Source of the DNA: Candidatus Poribacteria bacterium
GTDB taxonomy: Bacteria; Poribacteria; WGA-4E; WGA-3G
Direction of reading: 5' to 3'
NCBI GenBank assembly: GCA_964291315.2
Contig: OZ219753.1
Coordinates: 512,001 to 576,000 of the forward strand
DNA length: 64,000 bases
A model generated the notes under the pieces. The model worked only from the letters and a program-made list of their open reading frames with translations, was not told where the DNA came from and did not search any database. Shown in pieces: positions 33,403 through 43,898 of this stretch. Each line of letters opens with the position of its first letter. Position 1 is the stretch's first letter. The translations under genes were made by a program, and so were the position numbers.

Positions 33403-34926
33403 ATGGCATGTGTTGAGATAAAAAATCTCGGCTTCACATATCCGGGTCATCGAACACCCACACTGCACGGCATTACGACGCAGGTGCCTTACGGGGCTTT
33501 TGTACTGCTGACGGGCCCAACAGGATGTGGTAAATCCACGCTGCTACGGACACTGAACGGGCTAATTCCACACGCCTCTGCAGGTACGCTTGCGGGGACG
33601 GTGCTTCTCAACGGCAAGGACATCGCTACACAACCGCTTGTCGCTACATGTCGACAGATCGCACTTCTTTTTCAAAACCCTGATGATCAGCTTTTTTGCA
33701 CTTTAGTCGAAGATGAAATAGCCTTTGGGCTCGAAAATCTCAGTGTCCCCTCTGAAAAAATTAAGGAACGAATCGATTTTGCCCTAGAAAAGGTGGGACT
33801 CGCTGGGTTCGAGAACCAGCAAATATCATCGCTCTCTGGCGGTCAAAAACAACGGGTCGCTCTCGCCGCTGTCTGCGCAATGCAACCGCAAGTCTTGCTC
33901 CTTGATGAACCCACAAGCCACTTGGATCCACAAGGAACGCGGGACATCCTCGCTACCGTCGCGAAACTCAATAGGGAAATGGGGGTAACAGTCATATTGG
34001 CGACCCATCGAACCAGAAAGGTTGCTCCGATCTGCAGTCACATATGGCTGATGGACAATGGGCTCCTCTGCCTAGACCTAACGAAAGCGGAGGCTCTTCA
34101 AAATAAAGCTCCATATCGACGTTTAGGTGTGCAAGTTCCTTTTGAGGAGAAAACGCCATCTACAGCACCACTTTCCCCTCGCGCAACTCCTGCTATACCA
34201 AATTCAAGAGATCTTAGCCTAAGTATCCGTGATCTCTATTTTCGCTATCCAAATGCTGATAAGGACACCCTCCGAGCGGTCTCTTGCGAAACGCGTGGCG
34301 GAGAAGTGCTCGCTATCATGGGAGCAAACGGGTCTGGTAAAACAACCTTAATTCATCTCATTGCAGGTCTACTGCATCCATCAGCGGGGGAAATAACGAT
34401 TGCAGGAAACGGACACCATCGAGTGAAACTTCACCAATTAGCCGGTAAAGTCGGCATTGTCTTTCAAAATCCGGATCTACTACTACAGGCGAAAACTGTC
34501 CGGGACGAAGTGGAATTTGGCCCAAAAAACCTCAAACTGCCAACAGATACCCTTGAAAAACGAGTAAAAAAAACGCTTACACGGTTTGACTTAACTCATC
34601 TTTCATCAGAAGCGCCGTATGCATTATCACGAGGGCAGCGTCAACGTCTCGCTGTTGCAGCAAATTTTTCACTGCATCCCGATCTTTTCCTTCTTGATGA
34701 ACCAACCACCGGGCAAGATGCACAGCACCTCTCCCGATTAATGGATACGCTTTACGATGAAATACGCCGTGGGTGTAAAACTCTCATTTTTGCAACCCAT
34801 GATACCGATCTCACCTTGAAATACGCAGATCGTGTTCTCTTACTGCGCTACGGCCAGATAATTTTTGATGGCAGTCCTGAGATAGCGTTCAATAATTCCG
34901 AGCTTCTAGCTCAAGCATCCCTATAA
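33403..34926 (+). CDS. ECF-type transporter ATPase, double ABC domain
   Basis: GPTGCGKS/LSGGQKQR/LLDEP and GANGSGKT/LSRGQRQR/LLDEP; FQNPD motifs. Confidence 0.9.
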   Translation: MACVEIKNLGFTYPGHRTPTLHGITTQVPYGAFVLLTGPTGCGKSTLLRTLNGLIPHASAGTLAGTVLLNGKDIATQPLVATCRQIALLFQNPDDQLFCTLVEDEIAFGLENLSVPSEKIKERIDFALEKVGLAGFENQQISSLSGGQKQRVALAAVCAMQPQVLLLDEPTSHLDPQGTRDILATVAKLNREMGVTVILATHRTRKVAPICSHIWLMDNGLLCLDLTKAEALQNKAPYRRLGVQVPFEEKTPSTAPLSPRATPAIPNSRDLSLSIRDLYFRYPNADKDTLRAVSCETRGGEVLAIMGANGSGKTTLIHLIAGLLHPSAGEITIAGNGHHRVKLHQLAGKVGIVFQNPDLLLQAKTVRDEVEFGPKNLKLPTDTLEKRVKKTLTRFDLTHLSSEAPYALSRGQRQRLAVAANFSLHPDLFLLDEPTTGQDAQHLSRLMDTLYDEIRRGCKTLIFATHDTDLTLKYADRVLLLRYGQIIFDGSPEIAFNNSELLAQASL

Positions 34927-35063
34927 CAATTCCTTCCTATTTGCTAGTCAAGTTTGATCGTTTCAACCATCATCGATGTGTGTTAGCGGGGAGGTCTACC
35001 TGTCTATCGCATCTGTTATAATTTACCCTAAATGAAGGATCCTCAAATAGATCCATGAGAATA

Positions 35064-35092
35064 TTGACAACCTTTACCAGATATGTTATGCT
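35064..35092 (+). promoter_or_regulatory. sigma70-like promoter upstream of the LolA-like/YidD-like/TPR genes
   Basis: TTGACA-17 nt-TATGCT with TGn extension. Confidence 0.55.
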
Positions 35093-35247
35093 CTAGTTAG
35101 TTAAACGGTTACTCGGGAAGAACTTCAAGCTGCATGTATTGGCCACGCGCACGAATTCACACCGCTACAAGTGATCCTCTTTGGTTTCCATGCCTAAGCA
35201 CGTCCACCGAAGACTGATGATGTAGCCTCACTCATCGATTTGAATGA

Positions 35248-35970
35248 ATGTTTAAAAAACTTCTATCTGTCATTACCTTTTTATCTTTCTTTTTAAACAT
35301 GGACACGCTCCACGCTGCTCCACTAAAGACGCTTTCCTTAGATTTTACGCGAGAATTAACGGAAAATAAAAAGACGGAGTATATCACAGGTACACTTCAC
35401 TATGATGTCAAAAAATCACGCGTCGTCGTTGAAGTCAACCGCCCCATCAAGCAGCTAATGATTGTAAAAGGCAATGTGCTGGAAATTTACTATCCTGTCG
35501 AGAAACAGGCGTTCCGTTTCAACGCCGAGGGCCCGGTTCCACTACCATTTGTGGAATCCATTATCCAAGCTACACAAGCTGAGTACAGGTTGACAGAATT
35601 ATTGGGGTACACCCTCGACAAGCATGAAGTTGTGGACAGAGTGCTCTACACTTATTGGATCCCACCTGAAAAAAGAAAAAATAATCTGGGCACTGTTGTC
35701 CTCGGGATCCGTGACGATATGCTTATTTCTACTGAAATGAAAGACTCATATGGTCATGTCATAGCAAGAACACTCTATCAGGATCACAGCAAAATAGGCA
35801 TCAATTATATTCCGATGAAGGTTGTCGCTACTACATATGATGAGACCTCTCGCCTGCTTCAGCGTGAAAAAATTTTCTATAGCAACCCACACGTGAATGC
35901 AGAACATTCAACTGCCATCCTGAATGTCGCAATCCCAGAATCTGTCGAGGTTAAAGAGATCAAATGGTAA
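35248..35970 (+). CDS. Exported protein, possible LolA-like fold
   Basis: Signal peptide; LKTLSLDFTRE...GTLHY...P.KQLMIV.G..L.IYYP..KQA resembles the LolA N-terminal strands. Confidence 0.5.
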   Translation: MFKKLLSVITFLSFFLNMDTLHAAPLKTLSLDFTRELTENKKTEYITGTLHYDVKKSRVVVEVNRPIKQLMIVKGNVLEIYYPVEKQAFRFNAEGPVPLPFVESIIQATQAEYRLTELLGYTLDKHEVVDRVLYTYWIPPEKRKNNLGTVVLGIRDDMLISTEMKDSYGHVIARTLYQDHSKIGINYIPMKVVATTYDETSRLLQREKIFYSNPHVNAEHSTAILNVAIPESVEVKEIKW

Positions 35971-36407
35971 ATTGCTCTATCTATTCTATCTTTTTCCTTG
36001 TCTGTATCTGCTGTTTATGGATTTTTATGTCCACGTTGCCGATCTCCGCAGGTGAATCGGAAGATCTTGAGTTCATTCGCAAATTTAACCCTGTGACAAT
36101 GCAGAAGCCAAGACAGGTTGCCCGCTTCAATCCTCGGGAAACGTCGACGTTCAAACTCGCTGCGACGGGGTTGATACGTTTCTACCAGAAATTTATCTCT
36201 AGTCAAGACATACCGACTTGCAACTTCCAGCCGACTTGTTCACGTTTCGGAATGGCGTGTATACAGAAGTACGGTATGCTACGCGGTGTGCTGCTTACCG
36301 CTGATAGGTTGCTTCGATGCAACGGATCGCAACCGCGGCATTATCACAAGGATGAAGCAACAGGTAAATATATTGATCCTATTTCCGACTATGCAACCCT
36401 GAAGTAG
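35964..36407 (+). CDS. YidD-family protein with N-terminal signal peptide/TM
   Basis: LIRFYQKFIS...CNFQPTCSRF...G.LL..DRLLRCN. Confidence 0.85.
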   Translation: MVNCSIYSIFFLVCICCLWIFMSTLPISAGESEDLEFIRKFNPVTMQKPRQVARFNPRETSTFKLAATGLIRFYQKFISSQDIPTCNFQPTCSRFGMACIQKYGMLRGVLLTADRLLRCNGSQPRHYHKDEATGKYIDPISDYATLK

Positions 36408-36480
36408 TGCCAACACTCCTGATTCAATTTGGCAACTACGGCAGGTTATAGTATTAATTCGAAGCTCTGAACCAGCAAAG

Positions 36481-37422
36481 TTGAACTTCACTACGTCCGT
36501 CAAATCTATGAATGCTATGAACACTCCGCAACTTTATAACTTCCTATTCATAATCCCTCTAACAATTACATGTCTATCCTTTATATCCGTTACATCCGCT
36601 GAAGAACCTATCGAATACTACGCTCCCGAAAACGTTCGCAAATTCTCCGATTTTCTATATCAACAAGGCGATTATCTCCGCGCCGCGGCTGAATATCAAC
36701 GTTACCTTTTTTATCTTCCCGAAGCCGTAGAAGAAGGTGAACAGGTTCGCTATAAAATTGCCCTCTGTTATCGTTTTACCGGGAATGGAGAGAAAGCAAT
36801 TCAAAATTTCAAAACGCTTTTGGAGTTGTACCCACAAAGCCGGTTCGCAAGCCGAACTTACTACCAAATTGGGGCTACCTATTTTCTGATGGATCAATTT
36901 GAACAGTCTGAACAGTTTTTACTTGAAGCGCTGCCCCACATAAACGACACACGACAACACGCCGAAGTCGAGCAACTTGTTGGGCTCTCTTATCTGATGC
37001 GGAAGGAGTGGTCTCAGGCAGGTGAAGTTTTCAAAACGTTGCAGAGCTCAAGCGTAACCTCTGTCAGGGAAAAAGCATCAGTCTATCGCATTTACACAGA
37101 GACAGGAAGGCAGCTCCCCAAGCGAAATCCATTCTTAGCAGGCGTACTTTCTACAATTCTACCCGGGGCAGGACGACTCTATACGGGACGTATCGTTGAT
37201 GCAGTAACGTCTCTGTTGACGGTAGGTCTGGCGAGTTGGCAGGCTTACGAAGGTTTCCGAAATGATGGACTTTCATCAGCGAAAGGATGGACGCTTGGCA
37301 CAATTGGAGGTCTCTTCTATATTGGCAACATCTACGGTTCTGTAATTGCTGCACAAGTTTATAACCAAGGTATAGAAGACGAATTTTTAGCAACCGTCGT
37401 ATCTGTAGAATTACCGTACTGA
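36481..37422 (+). CDS. Exported TPR protein with C-terminal DUF5683/TM2-like segment
   Basis: TPR helices (GDYLRAAAEYQRYLF); NPFLAGVLSTILPGAGRLYTG. Start may be 36508 or 36517. Confidence 0.75.
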   Translation: MNFTTSVKSMNAMNTPQLYNFLFIIPLTITCLSFISVTSAEEPIEYYAPENVRKFSDFLYQQGDYLRAAAEYQRYLFYLPEAVEEGEQVRYKIALCYRFTGNGEKAIQNFKTLLELYPQSRFASRTYYQIGATYFLMDQFEQSEQFLLEALPHINDTRQHAEVEQLVGLSYLMRKEWSQAGEVFKTLQSSSVTSVREKASVYRIYTETGRQLPKRNPFLAGVLSTILPGAGRLYTGRIVDAVTSLLTVGLASWQAYEGFRNDGLSSAKGWTLGTIGGLFYIGNIYGSVIAAQVYNQGIEDEFLATVVSVELPY

Positions 37423-37521
37423 CCTGTCTGCCGCGCGCCTCTTAATCCCTGGTTCACCGGTGAGGTTTCTAACCCAAAAACGTTTAACCCCGAGCAATGA
37501 GTTCTGGTGGGGTGCTCAGAT

Positions 37522-39036
37522 TTAATCGCTAAACAGATCATGTTTTAGAAAAATATCTCCATCAAAATCTGCGACCTGATGCTGCAGCTGACGTTTCGCC
37601 GCTAGTGTGCCAATAACTGGAACATCAAAAGAGATAGATTGTTGGATACCGCTGCGGTTGTACACCGCCCAACCTTTTTCAAACTCACGGACGAAGAGTC
37701 CCGGAGTTCCTTGATACTTAACGGCTTTCTTTGCTATCGGTCGACCGAGGTCTATATCCCAGAATTCGTACCAGTTGTGCAAATGGTCGGAGGTTGGTAT
37801 AACGTTGTCATCACTAAAAAGCACGTACCCATCAGAATGTGTTAAGCTGAGCGTGGTAAACGTCCGCATCCACTGTCGGTTCTCTTCGCTATTTCGCTCC
37901 GCAACCCGTGTATTGAGATCCCCCATATAATTTGTTACAACGCGCCAACCCTCTAGACAATTGATTCTCGGCTCTCTCAGGTGTTGTTCCGCCCATAGCA
38001 GTGTCCTTTCGATTCGTAGCATCTGTTCAAGGCTGTATCCGCTATCGTAGTCTGGTTTATAACACTCCATGAAAATACCGTTCACATGCTGCGCTGACTT
38101 CGGAATCTGACGCATATTCGCGTTGACGAGAATTAGAAAGTTCTCCGTCACTGCTGCCCGTATTTTGCGTAAAATCGCCAACCTGGCTTCTAACTCGACT
38201 TCCCGTGTGAGAATTGTATCAGACCAATCATCAACACGGATTGGACTAGTTGCATAGTCCTCGTTCCACCAATCAAGCATGATCCCGTCAAAAAGCCCAG
38301 ATTTGTCTAATGCTACTGCTTGCTTGACTATCAAATTCTGCACTTCTGGGTTTGTGAAGTTTATGAGGTAGTTGAGAACTGTGTCGTTCTCGTCGATTTT
38401 CCCATTCCCGTTTGTGTCTTCACCCCAACCGATGACAGGTTTACCGTGGCTATCTTTCAACCAATAAGGTGAATCCGGCGGATAAAACCCGACCTCCCAC
38501 CAGTTTCCCACACTCGTTTCACTTTGACGCGACAAATACCTTGCATCCCGGTACCGAATTTCGACGAGCAACAAAAGATTCGGATTTAAGGATAAGAGCT
38601 CGGATTTTCTATGATGCGCTGTATCTAACCGACTCGGCTGCAAATCTGACGCTAATCCTGAATAAGGCTGCTCCTCTGATATATTCCAAGGGATGCTTAA
38701 CAACGTGTACGGATCCGCAAAAACGAGATTGTGCCGAACCATTTTTTTGACCTCGCTTTCATCCGGTCTATTTTCTATACCGCTCCACGCCTGAAAGATT
38801 GAAGGATAATTTCGCTGCACGTTTTCAGCACCTGCCACTAGCTCTCCTAAAATGAGAAGAGCAATAAGATGAGATAAAGCTAGTAAAAAAACACGCTGAA
38901 TACCGATAGCCAGACTGAAATTTGAGTTGCAGGATCTCATAGAAGTTAAATTCTCAATCAGTTTTGAAAACGTCATAATTCTCTCGCTATCCGTTTCTTT
39001 TCTCACTGAATCACAGGCACCGGTTATTGATTCCAC
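37522..39036 (-). CDS. Secreted putative glycoside hydrolase (GHL15-like TIM barrel)
   Basis: FDGIMLDWW, NGIFME, SLTHSDGY, WDIDLGRP, FVREFEKGWAVYN; EF-hand-like DTNGNGKIDEND. True start probably downstream of 39036. Confidence 0.6.
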   Translation of the reverse strand: MESITGACDSVRKETDSERIMTFSKLIENLTSMRSCNSNFSLAIGIQRVFLLALSHLIALLILGELVAGAENVQRNYPSIFQAWSGIENRPDESEVKKMVRHNLVFADPYTLLSIPWNISEEQPYSGLASDLQPSRLDTAHHRKSELLSLNPNLLLLVEIRYRDARYLSRQSETSVGNWWEVGFYPPDSPYWLKDSHGKPVIGWGEDTNGNGKIDENDTVLNYLINFTNPEVQNLIVKQAVALDKSGLFDGIMLDWWNEDYATSPIRVDDWSDTILTREVELEARLAILRKIRAAVTENFLILVNANMRQIPKSAQHVNGIFMECYKPDYDSGYSLEQMLRIERTLLWAEQHLREPRINCLEGWRVVTNYMGDLNTRVAERNSEENRQWMRTFTTLSLTHSDGYVLFSDDNVIPTSDHLHNWYEFWDIDLGRPIAKKAVKYQGTPGLFVREFEKGWAVYNRSGIQQSISFDVPVIGTLAAKRQLQHQVADFDGDIFLKHDLFSD

Positions 39037-41260
39037 CAGTACGTTAATTTCCCAACAACAGTCCAGCTGAGAAGTTCTAAACCATTGCTTCGGGTATCGT
39101 AGCTTTGATCGAAAACGAGATAGAAATCGCTGCCCGGACGGTAAATGTAATTGAGCAGGAAGCTCGTAGAGAGCACGTCTCTATTAGTACTCCACTGCGC
39201 GAATAATTTCGCGAAAAGTGTCGTGAAGAAAGAATAGCCGACACGCCCTCCCAAAGCATTCGCGTCGAATTCCTGATTCGGAAGCGTGATGCGATTAAAT
39301 TCGATGAAAGGTTCAAGACTCAACTGAGCTGTCGGTCTGGCGATGACATCTATTAAGAAACCGCGCCGCTGCCCGCTATAAAACTCACCAAACCCCACTT
39401 GCAACTGTCCAGTAATCATGCGACTGCTGCTAGTCTGACCCGATACCTGAAATGATGTGAAATTGTAGTCGTCAACAGGAATACTAACGCTTTGGATCCA
39501 AAAGTCCCGACCAAGATTTTCTGTCGTATTTTTGATCTCAAAACTGATGTTATCTCCTGTCTTAAACTCAAATTGCAGGTCGAAGGTTATCTCCTGCGTT
39601 TCCAGCTCGTTTTCCTGTGTCAGCACAAGGTCTATTTCTGGTCCGATTTGAATTTCGCGAATGCCAAACTTATCTGGCCACGGAGTGTAACCGGCACCGC
39701 CGCGCAAGCGGCGGACATCTTTACGTTCTACATAACCGACTTCAGGATTAAAGTCTTCACCGATGTCCGTGTATGAAGCATCGAGTCGGAACAGGTTTGT
39801 TCGCCAATCACCGCCGATAAAGAAGGCGTTATTATTGCCAAGAATATCTGCTTCAAAGGTCCGTGACCACAACCCTTGGATATTAATTTTGCGCGTCGGA
39901 CGGTATGAAAAGTCAACCCCCACCGTGCGATTGTAAACATCCACATCTTGTTTGTTGATAAGAATGCCGCCAACGGTCGATCCTGTGAGTATATCTCTAT
40001 TCACACGCATCACTGAATAATTTGTACGAGGTTCGTCAACGCGCGGCTCACCTATCTGAAATTCGTCATCCCTAATATTGTTCGTTAATACGTTCAGAAT
40101 CCCAATACCGTAGGAACCGACTTTACCCGTCATTTTCCCGCCTGCAATAATAGGAATCGCCATGCCTTTTGCAAGCCCAATCCTACGGCTATAAAAAAGA
40201 AGTAAGGGTGGTGGACTATCAAAATTCGGACGTGGAGCTCCAACATCGAAGATACTTGCACCTTCTAAGAAAAACGGACGCTGCTCCGGAAAAAACAGAC
40301 TGAACCGGGTAAGGTTTACCTGTTCTTGGTCCGCTTCTACCTGTGCAAAGTCCGTGTTAAACGTCAAATCAGCAGTTAAATTCGGGGTTACTCCATACTT
40401 GAGATCCAAGCCTGCCTCCAGTACACGCTCAACGCCCTCTGCCGACGAGCCGCTGCTTGCCCCCGGTAGGATATAAGGCAGCAGCTCCAGATGTCTTGAT
40501 GGTGAAATACCTTCTATCCCTTCAAGCGTACCGAAATAAGCAGTGCGATACTTTCCCAAGCCACCGTAAGTCTTCGGGGCTTCGTTCCACGCGGCAATTT
40601 CTTGTTTTCTCGCGATTTCACGTCCGAAATTTACGCCCCAGCTCATGACATCGCTTTTTTCAAAACGGAGTTGACTAAACGGAATAGCAATCTCGGCTGT
40701 CCAATACGCTTCATTCATCCTACAGCGGCACTCCCAAACGATATCCCAGCTTCCGTTGCGGCTGTCCCCACTCTTGGAGACCGCAGTGTCTTCTATCCGC
40801 CAACAGGAGTGAAGCGAAAGAAAACAGCATTTCGACGATCGTTATAAGTATCTAACAATAGAAAACCATAGTCATTAGAGCGCAAACCCGGAGAATCCCG
40901 ACGCATGTCATTCGCAACAATCTTGTCCATCTCTGAATCAAAAAAAGTGAATCCGAAATACAGTTTTTTGTCATCATAGAGAATACGGATTTCGGAAGAT
41001 TCTGTTGCAGGTTCGCCTTGATCAGGTTGGATTTGGTATAACTGACGAATCGGTTCTACGCTTTGCCAAACAGGCTCGTCAAGCACACCGTCAATCTCAA
41101 CCGCCTCAGATATCCGGTGTGCTGACATGCGTGGGAACGCACGTTCAGCTTCCACATCAACCTCCTGTAAAACGGATAAACCGCACATCCAGAGTAATGC
41201 AAAAAAAGCAAGATTCCGCACATACAACGAATGCTGAAAGTTAGTTGTGAAAAATCTCAT
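39024..41260 (-). pseudogene. CBM9-like + DUF5916 outer-membrane protein, split by a 1-nt frameshift at ~40795
   Basis: Upstream ORF has IDGVLDEPVW...YDDKKLYFG; downstream ORF has WTAEIAIPF, NTDFAQVEAD, FFPEQRPFFLEG, LFYSRRIG. The intervening EDTAVSKSGDSRNGSWDIVW lies in the downstream frame. Confidence 0.8.
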
Positions 41261-41565
41261 ATAAGTTAAAACGCCCGTTTATTTATAAGATAAGGTAAAG
41301 TGTGGCTATTAAGAATGCCGCCTACAAACAGCGCTATTAAGTTCCGCTTTTTACATCAACGACGATAGGCGCTAGTTTCTATACCATCACGTCTACCCGG
41401 GCACCTCCGAATTGTTGAATTCGATCCAAACTGCCGGGTTGAAAAAGCGGTAATAAATTGGATCATTGTGGGCATATTGCCTCTCCAGACGAATAAGTCA
41501 TTAAGACCAGCGTCAATATCAGCCATCCAGACATCCGCACATTTGGTTTCCGCTTCGGTTTTCAG

Positions 41566-42900
41566 TTATTCAAGCGAGAGTTCTACCTCAATCTGTTTTC
41601 CATTTCGGAGAAGTCTTACGGGTAAAGTCTTTGCTTGTGGAACATCTTGTAGTACATAAGCGATAATCCCGCTCTCGGTTAACCGATCGGTGCGATCACC
41701 GTAACCAACCACAATATCGGCCCGACGGATGCCTGCCCTTTGGGCATTCGTCTCTCTACCTGAACGGCGCGACCGCCGGCCGACTGTCTCAACGCTCAGA
41801 GCCATTTCGGTCTCACCTAAACCTTTGCGTTGACGCTCGGCATCAGATAGGTCCTGAAGTACCATCCCGCCAAGCGCCACAAGCCGCAACTCACCAGTCG
41901 TTGTACGCCAAGAGATGTCACTTCCCCTCCGCCAACCCGAATGGAGAGTCAGACCCAGATTTATTTCTTCACCGTGACGATCGACTTTTGCTAGTACTGT
42001 CGTGTTTTCCGGGGCACGATGTAACACCCACTGCACATCCGCAACTGAAATAATCGGCTGCCCATCAAGCGTGAGAATTTCGTCTGCGCGACGAAATCCA
42101 TCTTTCTCCGCAGAAGATCCAGATACAACTTTGGTGATTTTCGCGCGATGCTTTGGTGAGAAATACAATCCTAAAACATCTGGCATCGGAAATGGATATA
42201 GCACTTCGTCTGGAACGGATTTCCTGTCATACCAGTGGATCTCCCGCTGCGCCTCTCCGATTTGATGGCAGTGGATGCACTGCCGGTCAATTTCACTGCT
42301 AAAGTCCAAAGTCGCGGAATAGCGCAGCAACGTCGGAAACGCCTCCGGCGTTTTCTTTGCCGGCTCAGGTCCAGTTTTTGCACCTAAAGATGCCTTGTTT
42401 TTCGGATATTCTTTGTGCAAGGCAAGAACGGCTTCAAGCGCCTGTTTGAAACCTTCAATCGAAATATCTTTCGCGGCGTTCTCATATTCAGCGCGCGTGC
42501 CAAAACGCCCATAGAGGGTCTTATCGGCATTCATGAAAAACACCGCGAAGGTGAGATCATAATCGAATTGGAACAGCGATAGATCCATACCGTTGCCTTG
42601 CACTATACGGACGCGCACAAACTGATCCATGAGCTCTTTTATCTGTTTATCGTGACGAACAACCTGTTCATCGAAGCCCTGGCACGACTCTCACGGCACT
42701 CACCGAAAAACGATGAGTAAAGGTTGACCTGTTTTTTCCGCTACACCAATCCCTTTAGCGAGGTCATTGTAGATCCAGTAGCCGGTCGCCGCAACTGATT
42801 CTATGTCTTCTGCAACCTCCCTGTCACCGTGTCCAAAACAGAAAAATACAGATAACAATAGGATACTAAGGATTATACCGGACATCTGATACTTCATCAA
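41566..42900 (-). CDS. Thioredoxin-like/CxxCH/PDZ selenoprotein with two UGA codons (UxxUxxC), ~444 aa
   Basis: ORFs 42900..42700 and 42630..41566 share a frame and join as LLIVFR-TGA-VP-TGA-ESCQGFDEQVVRHDKQIKELMDQF. SECIS-like hairpin follows; CIHCH motif; PDZ-like regions. Confidence 0.85.
42650..42687 (-). promoter_or_regulatory. Candidate bacterial SECIS element
   Basis: GAUGAAC-AGGUU-GUUCGUC hairpin (7 bp, G-containing apical loop), extendable by UCGU/ACGA. Loop is ~25 nt after UGA2 and ~34 nt after UGA1. Confidence 0.6.
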
Positions 42901-43006
42901 AATATGCTCCTTTCATTTTTTTTTTTTTTGATTTTTTGGGCAATAACGATACGCCGGGTCAGACGTAGTGTAAACCCAACTCATTTTGAAAATTGTTCCG
43001 CGCAAA

Positions 43007-43612
43007 TTAGAGCGGAAATCTTTCGTTAATTAACATGAGCGGCGCTCCAGCCGCGAACACTCGATACGCACGACTGATAAACGTCTCGCCGTCAAGATGC
43101 TCGACAGCCGATGGCAGTCCGGTTAAAGTCTCGATACCGCACCAAAGCAGCTCACGCCGAGTCTCTAAACCACTGCACCGCAAAAGCCCACCTAACCCGT
43201 GTTTGTCAGATGTTAATCTCTCCAAAACGAATTGCGGCAGACGGTGCGGCACAAGGAGTGATGTTGCATACGTCTGAATTGTCGGCGATGCCCCCAATTT
43301 CGGGTAAGTCTGGAGAACGACTTGACGTAAAATAATCTCCGCGCCGGCAGGGAGTTGAAGCCCAGTGTGCTCGGTGGATAGTGTCTGCCTCGTCTGTTGT
43401 AGCAGCACTACCTCCACCGCAGTGAATGTATACGCTTCAATGAAACGGGTAACCGTCCCATCCGTAACCAGCAACCCCCGTTGAAAGGCAGTGAGGCATG
43501 CAAGATCGATCTCTTTTACGTTTTCGGGTTTGGCATCCTGGGCGACAAAGAGGGACTTCATACGTGTATTGACACACGTTCCCAAGCGTTTATTGATGGT
43601 GTCTATTTTCAT
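43007..43612 (-). CDS. Chorismate pyruvate-lyase-like protein (DUF98/Rv2949c/UbiC family)
   Basis: FQRGLLVTDGTVTRFIEAY, R.V.L, GLGGLL...LETRRELL, SRAY...PLMLINERFP. Confidence 0.85.
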   Translation of the reverse strand: MKIDTINKRLGTCVNTRMKSLFVAQDAKPENVKEIDLACLTAFQRGLLVTDGTVTRFIEAYTFTAVEVVLLQQTRQTLSTEHTGLQLPAGAEIILRQVVLQTYPKLGASPTIQTYATSLLVPHRLPQFVLERLTSDKHGLGGLLRCSGLETRRELLWCGIETLTGLPSAVEHLDGETFISRAYRVFAAGAPLMLINERFPL

Positions 43613-43898
43613 GATGAACGTTCTCTTTTCGTTAGGCGAAGTTAGATATATCTTTTTAAATGATGAATAATCACTAGATCTCTTTTTTCTTAAGGTGTAC
43701 TGGTACAGACAAAATTATCTGCAGCTTCACACACTTAAATCTACATTAATTTAGACGCTTGATTCTGAAAAAGGTTCGTTTCCGCACAAATGGAGCGTAA
43801 TATCAGCTTGACTAATGCCGTTTAACTGCCGTATACTATTTCCGCTAGCGCAGTTTGCAACCCTAACACTCTTCCATACTATAGGAGCCTCTTTCCAA

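Noticed and set aside
35100-35247. Riboswitch in the leader of the LolA-like gene
   Set aside because: Only weak pairing and no recognisable aptamer consensus.
40793-40795. TAG read-through (pyrrolysine) in DUF5916
   Set aside because: The downstream coding sequence is in a different frame, so this is a frameshift.
42691-42702. Genome-wide UGA reassignment (code 4/25) as the explanation for the read-through
   Set aside because: lon, the DUF1156 gene and the SprA-like gene end at TGA, and long genes use TGG without internal TGA.
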